Source of the DNA: an uncultured Collinsella sp.
Lineage (GTDB): Bacteria; Actinomycetota; Coriobacteriia; Coriobacteriales; Coriobacteriaceae
Length of the DNA stretch: 64,000 nt
NCBI GenBank assembly: GCA_900542635.1
Contig: UQOJ01000005.1
Span: 176-64,175, forward strand
Direction: 5' to 3'
Both the position numbers and the translations under genes were made by a program. Every line of letters starts with the position of its first letter. The stretch's first letter is position 1. The notes below the pieces were generated by a model. That model was not told the DNA's origin, ran no database searches, and saw nothing but the letters and a program-made list of their open reading frames with translations. This document shows positions 11,036-18,105 of this stretch, piece after piece.

Positions 11036-12925
11036 ATGAACGGAGTTTTGCTCATGGTTGTTGCCGCGGCGGTGCTCGCCTGCGGCTATCTGGGCTACGG
11101 CCGCTGGCTGGCCAACAAGTGGGGCGTTGACAAAGAGGCCCTCACGCCGGCCAAGCGCATGAAGGATGGCAAGAGCTTCTCGCCCGTCTCCGCCTTCACC
11201 GCGTTCTCGCACCAGTTCAGCTCGATCTGCGGTGCTGGCCCTGTTACGGGTACGATCGTCGCCATGGCCTTTGGCTGGCTGCCCGTCGTGCTCTGGGTCC
11301 TCGTCGGCGGTATCTTCTTTGGTGCCGTCCACGACTTTGGTGCTCTGTACGCTTCGATGAAGAACAACGGCAAGTCGCTCGCTCAGCTCATCGAGAAGTA
11401 CATCGGCAAGACCGGCCGTCGCCTGTTCCTGCTGTTCTGCTGGCTGTTCTGCATCATCGTCATCGCCGCCTTCACCGACATGGTCTGCAAGACGTTCATG
11501 TTCACCCCGGCCGTTGACGCTTCTGGTGCTGCTACCGGTGCCATCGACTTCACCAAGTCCTATGCCGCCGGCTGCGCTGGTACCATCTCCATCCTGTTCA
11601 CCTTCGTCGCTATCGCCTTTGGTTGGGCCCAGAAGAAGTTCAACCTCACCGGTGCTGCCGAGTTCGTCACCGGCGTGGTCCTCATGGTTCTCATGTTCGC
11701 CGTCGGTATGCAGTTCCCGGTCTACCTGGATAAGTTCCAGTGGTTCGCCGTCGTCATGGTCTACCTGGTCTTCGCTGGCGCTATGCCCATCCAGATGCTC
11801 AAGACCCCGCGTGACTACCTCACTTCCATCATGATGATCGTCATGATCGTCTGCGCTGTCCTCGGCATCGTCGTCTTGGGCGTCAACGGTCAGGCCACTA
11901 TCACCGCTCCGGTCTTCACCGGCTTCTCCACTGCCTCCGGCATGATGTTCCCGGTCCTGTTCGTCTCCGTCGCTTGCGGTGCTCTCTCCGGTTTCCACAG
12001 CCTCGTTTCTTCCGGCACCTCTTCTAAGCAGGTCGAGAAGGAGCAGGACGCCGTCAAGGTCGGTTACGGCGCCATGATCGTCGAGTCCTTCGTCGGCATC
12101 CTTGCCATCATCGTTGCCGGCATCATGTTCTCCGATATGAACACCGCCGGTACCGGCGCCCTCAACGCTGGTGTCGCTTCCACCCCGTTCCAGATCTTCG
12201 CCGCTGGCATCTCTCGCGGTATGCAGGCCTTCGGTGTTGACGGCACGCTCGCTACCGTCTTTATGACCATGAACGTCTCCGCTCTGGCCCTGACCTCGCT
12301 CGACGCCGTCGCCCGCATCGCCCGCACCTCGTTCTCCGAGTTCTTTGCTCAGACCAACGACGCCCTGGCCATCGAGTCCAAGGCCGGCTACATGAAGGTC
12401 CTCGGCAACCCCTGGTTCGCCACGGTCGTTACCCTGCTTCCCGGTCTCGCCCTCGCTTTTGGTGGCTATGCCAACATCTGGCCGCTCTTTGGTGCTTCCA
12501 ACCAGCTGCTCGGCGGCATGACCATGATCACCCTCGCCGTGTTCTGCAAGTGTACCGGCCGCAAGGGCTGGATGCTCTACGTGCCCGTCGTCTTCCTGCT
12601 CTGCTGCACCTTCACCTCGCTGGTCCAGAGCGCCATGGGCTGCATGGCCGCTGTCCAGGCTTACGGCTTCTTCGGCACCATCCCGGCTACCGCCACCACG
12701 GCCGCCGTCTCCGTCGCCGCCACCAAGGGCCTGCAGCTTGTCTTCGCCGTCCTGCTGATGGTCCTGGGCCTCATCGTTGCCGTTAACTGCCTCAAGGAGT
12801 TCTTCGGCAAGGAGGCTGGCTCCATGCCCGACGAGGATCCCGAGTGGTCCGAGATGGGCAAAGCCGAGTATGGCCGCACTGCTGCTGCCGAGACTCCCGT
12901 CGACGCCGAGGCCGCCAAGGCTTAG
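11036..12925 (+). CDS. cstA: carbon starvation protein A family transporter (peptide/pyruvate)
   Basis: N-terminus YGRWLANKWGV...HQFSSICGAGPVTGTIVAM...GAVHDFG is typical of CstA; polytopic, 629 aa. Confidence 0.9.
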   Translation: MNGVLLMVVAAAVLACGYLGYGRWLANKWGVDKEALTPAKRMKDGKSFSPVSAFTAFSHQFSSICGAGPVTGTIVAMAFGWLPVVLWVLVGGIFFGAVHDFGALYASMKNNGKSLAQLIEKYIGKTGRRLFLLFCWLFCIIVIAAFTDMVCKTFMFTPAVDASGAATGAIDFTKSYAAGCAGTISILFTFVAIAFGWAQKKFNLTGAAEFVTGVVLMVLMFAVGMQFPVYLDKFQWFAVVMVYLVFAGAMPIQMLKTPRDYLTSIMMIVMIVCAVLGIVVLGVNGQATITAPVFTGFSTASGMMFPVLFVSVACGALSGFHSLVSSGTSSKQVEKEQDAVKVGYGAMIVESFVGILAIIVAGIMFSDMNTAGTGALNAGVASTPFQIFAAGISRGMQAFGVDGTLATVFMTMNVSALALTSLDAVARIARTSFSEFFAQTNDALAIESKAGYMKVLGNPWFATVVTLLPGLALAFGGYANIWPLFGASNQLLGGMTMITLAVFCKCTGRKGWMLYVPVVFLLCCTFTSLVQSAMGCMAAVQAYGFFGTIPATATTAAVSVAATKGLQLVFAVLLMVLGLIVAVNCLKEFFGKEAGSMPDEDPEWSEMGKAEYGRTAAAETPVDAEAAKA

Positions 12926-12964
12926 TCGACCTGACGAGTTGAACGTCACATCTATATGACTCGG

Positions 12965-13004
12965 AAAGACCGGGTCCGCGACTTCGCGGGCTCGGTCTTT
13001 TTTT
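12965..13004 (+). terminator. intrinsic terminator after cstA
   Basis: AAAGACCGGGTCCGCG-ACTT-CGCGGGCTCGGTCTTT (two G-U pairs) followed by a T-run. Confidence 0.8.
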
Positions 13005-13028
13005 CATGCAAAAGCGGGTGACGCTCGA

Positions 13029-15290
13029 GTGTTCTCACAGATGTTTTGCATGGATAAGGGCGCGCGTTGTACCATATGGACGTATATGTGTGCATATGAA
13101 AGGGACCCCGTGGCCAAGACGGTATATTCCGATAACCAAAATAATGTCGATGCCCTGGCTGAGCGTCTGAGCAGCCAGACGTCGCTTTCTGCCGAGCGTG
13201 CCAAGCTGGTTGCCTACGACCTGCTTTGCCGCAAGGCGCTCAAGATTAAGTCGAGTGCGCTGGCGCAAATTTTTCGCTCCGTCGATAAGGAATGCGACAC
13301 AAAGGCGATGCGCGATGAGCTTATCGCGGCAAATATCGTGACCAAGATCGAGGGTAGCGGCATTAACGGGCGCCCGGCGTTCTATACCATCAATGCCGAG
13401 ATCCGCGATGTCCAGGAGCAGCCTGTCGAGTCCGTCGAAGATTTTGTCGTCGAGGATTCCGCTGACGTACCTGCTGTGGAAGAAGCTGCTCCGCGTGAGC
13501 ATGTCGATACCGATGAGTTGCTCGATGAGAACGTCGTGCGTGCCTTTACGGCCAAGGCAGGACGCGGCGGTTTTGGCGGGGGTGGCAAGCGCGATGCGCA
13601 GCGCCGCGCCCAGCAGGAGCGCTTCCGTCGCGCCGTTGCTCAAAAGGGTGAGACGGATGCTGAGACCGTCGAGGAAAAGTCCGTTGGGATGCGGGAGCCG
13701 ACTCGCACTCAAGAGCATGCTGAGATCCAGGAGCCCAAGCGTCGCCGCGGTGCCCACTTTAAGGCTGAGCAGCGAGGTATTGCATGCGAGGTCCAGGATT
13801 CCGTCGAGGCTGCTGACGCGTCCGATGAACCGGTCAAGAAGGCTCCGGGTTCATGCCGTCCCGGACGTGGTTTTGCGGGGCGCGCGTATCCCTTAAGGCA
13901 TCAGGAGAAGAGCGAACCGGCTTCGACCACTCAGGACGAGAAGGCCGAGAAGGCCGTTGAGCCGGCGGCTCGCGAACAGAAGCCTGCTGAGCCGCAGCTT
14001 GAGGTTGATGCCGAGGCCAAGGGCCAGCAGCCTACTGATGAGCAGGCGGAGCAGGGCACGTCGAGCAAGCCTCGCCGCCGTCGCCATCGTGGGGGCCGCA
14101 GTTCCCATGCCGAGACTGCAGCCGAGAAGACCACGCCGCAGGACGAGGATGCGAAGGTCGAGGTTTCTTCGGGGCAGCCTAAGCGCCAGCCGGCGAAGGA
14201 GAGCAAGTCCAATCGTCCGCAGAAGCAGGCGCCTATGCCGAAGCGCGAGCGCAATTCCCAAGGCGATTCTAAGCGCAAGTCTCAGAAGAAGCCGGAGTCT
14301 GCCGCAGCAGATACTGCTGCCCAGCAGCCCAAGTCGGCAGTCCACGGCGAGGTCTCGGCGTTTGCCCTTGCCCGCGTTTTAGGCAGGCAGCTGCTCAAAG
14401 TTGTCCCTACGCCTACGGCGCTCTCTAAGATCAAGGAGCAGCAGACACAGATCGTAAAGGTCGAGGGCAAGGACGGCAAAAAGGCTCCGCAGCGCACTCA
14501 GCACAACGAGATGTCCAACCGCAAGATTGCCGAGGAAATCGCAATCATCCAGGCTTGGATCGAGCAGAACCGAGGTGCCGATACGCCGGTTGCCTCGCGC
14601 CGCCAGCGTGCCTACCAGATCTTTAATGACGAGAAGGCTTTTGACGGCAAGCACGGTGAGCGCCTGATCAGGCGTATGACCGAAAAGGGCATCAGCATGC
14701 AGGCGATCAAGGTCGCCCCCAATCGTCCCGTGCACTTTACGGGCTTCTTTACGCTGGGCGCCGACAAGCCGTTCATTATGGTCGAGAACCTGGACACCTA
14801 CGACGAGATCGTCAAGCTGCTGCGTGGCCGCAAGCACGCCAAGCTCTTTGGCATCAAAGTGGGCGGCGTGATTTTTGGCGGCGGTTGCAAGGCGAGCGTC
14901 TCGCATGCCCTGGACGATTATCTGGCCGAGATTGGCTATCGCTTTAACTACGTCTACTACGTGGGCGACATCGACCGCGAGGGTGCGCGCATCGTCGAGC
15001 AGGCTCGCAATGCCAATGTGGTTGAGATTCGCCTACATGCCGGCATGTACCGCGCCATGCTCGCCGAGCATAAGCGCCGCGTGAAGGCCGGCGGCGAGTG
15101 CGAGCCCGCGGCTGCCAACCAGGGCGTGCCGCAGAACCTGGCAGCGACGATCAAGGATCTGCCCATGGTTACGCGCGTGCAGTTCCGCAACGTGCTACGT
15201 GAAGGCGGGCGCATTCCGCAGGAGATTCTGATGACCGCCGACTATCGGGATGGCGACTCGGGAAGCTTCGACCGCATGCTCAACAACTAG
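13029..15290 (+). CDS. orphan protein: N-terminal globular region, ~300-aa K/E/P/Q/R-rich low-complexity linker, C-terminal Toprim/DUF2220 (JetD-C/MksG-like) domain
   Basis: C-terminal motifs FIMVENLDTYDE and YYVGDIDREGARIV, preceded by ASRRQRAYQIFNDEKAFD, recalled as resembling JetD C-terminal domains. Start uncertain; a GTG at ~13109 after AAAGGGA is an alternative. Confidence 0.55.
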   Translation: MFSQMFCMDKGARCTIWTYMCAYERDPVAKTVYSDNQNNVDALAERLSSQTSLSAERAKLVAYDLLCRKALKIKSSALAQIFRSVDKECDTKAMRDELIAANIVTKIEGSGINGRPAFYTINAEIRDVQEQPVESVEDFVVEDSADVPAVEEAAPREHVDTDELLDENVVRAFTAKAGRGGFGGGGKRDAQRRAQQERFRRAVAQKGETDAETVEEKSVGMREPTRTQEHAEIQEPKRRRGAHFKAEQRGIACEVQDSVEAADASDEPVKKAPGSCRPGRGFAGRAYPLRHQEKSEPASTTQDEKAEKAVEPAAREQKPAEPQLEVDAEAKGQQPTDEQAEQGTSSKPRRRRHRGGRSSHAETAAEKTTPQDEDAKVEVSSGQPKRQPAKESKSNRPQKQAPMPKRERNSQGDSKRKSQKKPESAAADTAAQQPKSAVHGEVSAFALARVLGRQLLKVVPTPTALSKIKEQQTQIVKVEGKDGKKAPQRTQHNEMSNRKIAEEIAIIQAWIEQNRGADTPVASRRQRAYQIFNDEKAFDGKHGERLIRRMTEKGISMQAIKVAPNRPVHFTGFFTLGADKPFIMVENLDTYDEIVKLLRGRKHAKLFGIKVGGVIFGGGCKASVSHALDDYLAEIGYRFNYVYYVGDIDREGARIVEQARNANVVEIRLHAGMYRAMLAEHKRRVKAGGECEPAAANQGVPQNLAATIKDLPMVTRVQFRNVLREGGRIPQEILMTADYRDGDSGSFDRMLNN

Positions 15291-15297
15291 GGCGTTC

Positions 15298-15434
15298 GGC
15301 CCCGGGAGAGCGGGGACACCGGCTTAGGTTTCCTGCTCTACAGTCCTGCTCACGACGGAGGCCACATTAAGTGGCCTCCTGTTCGTGCGGAACTCGCGAT
15401 AAACCTAAGCCGGTGTCCCCGCTCTCCCGGGGCC
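15298..15434. repeat. type A palindromic element, copy 2 (33-bp perfect arms)
   Basis: Arms GGCCCCGGGAGAGCGGGGACACCGGCTTAGGTT / AACCTAAGCCGGTGTCCCCGCTCTCCCGGGGCC. Core is ~90% identical to copies 1 and 3. Starts 8 nt after the stop at 15290. Confidence 0.85.
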
Positions 15435-15550
15435 TGCGGCTACTTGGTTGTCGCATGCGGCTCGCTTTTCGGAACAGGGCTGATAATTCTAGATGCAAGG
15501 CGCTCTTGGTCGTTATGGGCCTGGGGCGTCTGTCTTATATAGGTAGATTC

Positions 15551-15758
15551 CTTGCGGGTTCGAATCCCTCCGCTTGTGGCCCTTGGCTGAAAAGTTGGGA
15601 TGCGGGGAGCCCATGGCTGATGTGGGACGGAGGGATTCCGCGTCCGCCTGCCGGCGGCCGCGTGCCGCTGCGTCGCTTCGCTCCTTGCGTGCTGCGCTGG
15701 AAAACGCTTCGCGTTTCCTCAGCTCCGCACCCTTACGGGTTCGAATCCCTCCGCTTGC
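15551..15758. repeat. tRNA-Gln 3-prime-end-derived repeats around a GC-rich spacer
   Basis: CCTT[G/A]CGGGTTCGAATCCCTCCGCTTG occurs at 15551-15577 and 15732-15758. TGGGACGGAGGGATTC at 15624-15639 equals the first 16 nt of the tRNA-Gln gene as read on the + strand (15814-15829). None of these folds into a cloverleaf. Confidence 0.7.
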
Positions 15759-15769
15759 CCACAAGAAAG

Positions 15770-15798
15770 CGCTCCAGGTTCATAAGGGCCTGGAGCGC
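15770..15798 (-). terminator. terminator hairpin downstream of tRNA-Gln
   Basis: GCGCTCCAGG-9 nt-CCTGGAGCGC, followed by TTTCTT on the minus strand. Confidence 0.65.
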
Positions 15799-15813
15799 TG
15801 TGTTCTTAAGGGC

Positions 15814-15884
15814 TGGGACGGAGGGATTCGAACCCCCAACAGCCGGCACCAAAAACCGGAGTTCTACCGTTGAACTACGTCCCA
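15814..15884 (-). tRNA. tRNA-Gln (anticodon TTG)
   Basis: Reverse complement TGGGACG-TA-GTTC-AACGGTA-GAAC-T-CCGGT-TTTTGGT-GCCGG-CTGTT-GGGGG-TTCGAAT-CCCTC-CGTCCCA folds as a cloverleaf. CCA is not encoded. Confidence 0.9.
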
Positions 15885-15922
15885 ATGTGTGGTGTTGCCC
15901 AAAAGCAACTCGTTTAGTTTAC

Positions 15923-16828
15923 CTAATCTGCGAGGGCATCGCAAACGCCATCGAGCAGGCGTACGGCGAGTGTCTGCGCGTCGCTGGCCGTGAAGGTGCC
16001 GTTGTAGCGCGTCATGCCCGTGAGCTCAATGCGAATGCGTGCTGGCTTCTGCTGCGCGGCGACATTGGCAGTGCGGATGCGCTGGGCCAGGTTATGGCAC
16101 TCGGCGAGGGCGATCGTGGCGCGCGGCGCTGCATCTGCGGGCAGCTCATCGCTTGCGATCTCGAGCACCAGGTCTACGTCGGTTGGGACCTCGGAGTCGC
16201 AGAGCATCATGCCGCTGTTGTCGGTCGTTGCCGTGGCGATATTCCACATGCGCGACGCAACGCTGCGCGCGATGGGGTCCTCGCCGATAACGGCAATCTG
16301 GAAGCGCTCGAGCACGTTGGCGGCGCGAGCAAAACCGATACGGGACTCGGCTTCGGTGACCGAGGGCTTGCCCTCCCACACATGGTGCAGGCGGTTGATG
16401 TAGGCGTAGGTGTCCTGGAAGGCCATGCCGTCGGCAAACAGGCCGACATTTTCCTGGAACTGCTGCAGGGCGGCCTCGGTATGCGGGCCAAAGTAGCCGT
16501 CGTCTTCGCCACAGGCAAAGCCCAAAACGTTGAGAGCGCGCTGCAGGGCCTGCACATCGGCGCCATGGAAATTGGGCATGCGCAGATAGAGGGTGCGGTC
16601 GCCCAGCTTATACGAAGCGTCTACAAGGGCGCTCCAACAGGGGATATCGACGGCATGACCGGCAGCAAGGCCGCTGTCGAGCCTGAAGGTGCTGACGGCC
16701 TGCTCAGTGGTGGCTCCAAAGTACTTGTCGGTGACTTCGGCGGCATCAATCGTGTAGCCGAGCTGCAGGAGACGAGACTGCACGTCCTCGACGGCTGCTC
16801 CTTGCATGCCCGTTGTAATAGGTTCCAT
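15923..16828 (-). CDS. protein with two peptidoglycan-binding (PG_binding_1-like) repeats
   Basis: GAAVEDVQSRLLQLGY...YFGATTEQAVSTFR and GADVQALQRALNVLGF...YFGPHTEAALQQFQ. Confidence 0.7.
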   Translation of the reverse strand: MEPITTGMQGAAVEDVQSRLLQLGYTIDAAEVTDKYFGATTEQAVSTFRLDSGLAAGHAVDIPCWSALVDASYKLGDRTLYLRMPNFHGADVQALQRALNVLGFACGEDDGYFGPHTEAALQQFQENVGLFADGMAFQDTYAYINRLHHVWEGKPSVTEAESRIGFARAANVLERFQIAVIGEDPIARSVASRMWNIATATTDNSGMMLCDSEVPTDVDLVLEIASDELPADAAPRATIALAECHNLAQRIRTANVAAQQKPARIRIELTGMTRYNGTFTASDAQTLAVRLLDGVCDALAD

Positions 16829-16966
16829 GAACGAACCCCTTTCGGCGTACCATTCGTACTATTTGAGCGTCTGTCGGATAGACAACGCAAAGGGATGCAT
16901 AAACATGCACTCAACAGTGTAGCAAGTTGTGCCTAAATACGCTGCTGACAGGTTTTATAACCCCCG

Positions 16967-18031
16967 TTAGTTAAGGCGCTCCACAAAGAAATCTGCCATG
17001 GAGAGGAACAGCTCGCGTGCGTGCGGATCAAGCTCAACGTTCTCGATGGCCGCTTTGGCCTTAGCGGTCAGGTCGAGCGCGTAAGTGCGGGCATAATCGA
17101 TGGAGCCGGTCTCTTGGAAGATATCCACGGCGCGTGCGAGCTGCGCGGGATCATCGGTGCCCGAGGAAAGAAGCTCTTCGACCTCGTCGTGGTGGCGCTC
17201 ATCAGAGAGGGCATGAACGGCGACAAGCGTGCGCTTGCCCTCGGTGATGTCGGTGCGGAAGTCCTTGTTGGCGGCTTCCTTAGTGCCGACAAGGTTGAGC
17301 AGGTCGTCCTGAATCTGAAAGGCAAGGCCCGTGTGCAGGCCAAAGGCGCGCAGCGCTTCGATTTGCTCATCGCTGCCGCCGCCGATAATGGCTCCGGCGG
17401 CAAGCGGCGTGGCTCCGCTGTAAAACGCGGTCTTGTGCGTCGCCATGTCCAGGTAGTCATCAACCGAGATATCAAAGCGCCCGTCACGGACCCAACCCAG
17501 GTCGAGCGCTTGACCCTCGATGGTGCGGACGATCATCTCGGTAAGCTCGTGGAGCACGCGCAGCTTCACGTCGGACTCCAGCGTGGGGTCGTCGAGAACC
17601 GTCTTGGTGACCATGGTGAGCGCCAGGTCGCCACAATTGATGGCAAGGCCCGTGCCCTCGGTAAGGTGCATGCAGGGCTTGCCTCGACGAAGCTGTCCGT
17701 TGTCGGCGATGTCGTCGTGGATCAGCGCGCCCGACTGGAAGTGCTCGATGGCTGCCGCGGCGCTGCGGGCGCTCTCAAAGCTACCGCCCACTGCGGTTGC
17801 GGCGAGCATACAGATAAGCGGGCGGTGGCGCTTGCCGGCGTTGGCCGTAAAAGCCGAGAGCGGCGCGTACAGGTAGCGCTCGATATCGGCAGAGGTCGCC
17901 TGTCCGTCAAAGAACGTGGCCAGATAGTCGTTAATCTGGTCAAAGTGCTGGGCTAAAAAGCTGGTAAACGGACTGGACACGGGTTCTCGCATTCTTTCTT
18001 GGGTTACATCGTTGCGGTGTGCAGATACCAT
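16967..18031 (-). CDS. polyprenyl diphosphate synthase (trans-isoprenyl, GGPP-synthase-like)
   Basis: First DDxxD region ALIHDDIADNGQLRRGKPC and second FQIQDDLLN. An alternative start is the Met at 17992. Confidence 0.85.
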   Translation of the reverse strand: MVSAHRNDVTQERMREPVSSPFTSFLAQHFDQINDYLATFFDGQATSADIERYLYAPLSAFTANAGKRHRPLICMLAATAVGGSFESARSAAAAIEHFQSGALIHDDIADNGQLRRGKPCMHLTEGTGLAINCGDLALTMVTKTVLDDPTLESDVKLRVLHELTEMIVRTIEGQALDLGWVRDGRFDISVDDYLDMATHKTAFYSGATPLAAGAIIGGGSDEQIEALRAFGLHTGLAFQIQDDLLNLVGTKEAANKDFRTDITEGKRTLVAVHALSDERHHDEVEELLSSGTDDPAQLARAVDIFQETGSIDYARTYALDLTAKAKAAIENVELDPHARELFLSMADFFVERLN

Positions 18032-18105
18032 ATTGCCACATTGGAGTTGCCGGCGCGTCTGTTTTGGCGATTTGGAGAAACGGGACGCGTGCGCGTGCCG
18101 GCTGC

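Noticed and set aside
10877-12949. 690-aa minus-strand ORF
   Set aside because: It is antisense to the well-supported cstA gene. Its translation is low-complexity G/D/E/A-rich with no recognisable motif, which is a typical shadow ORF in GC-rich DNA.
15624-15829. Direct repeats of tRNA 3-prime ends as attL/attR of an integrated island (also 62466-62678)
   Set aside because: The repeats are only ~175-180 nt apart, enclose no genes, and no integrase is present in the window. At most they are scars. They are kept as an unexplained repeat architecture instead.
15371-16936. 521-aa plus-strand ORF
   Set aside because: It runs through the tRNA-derived repeats and tRNA-Gln, then antisense to the peptidoglycan-binding protein gene. 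It has no motifs and is an artefact.
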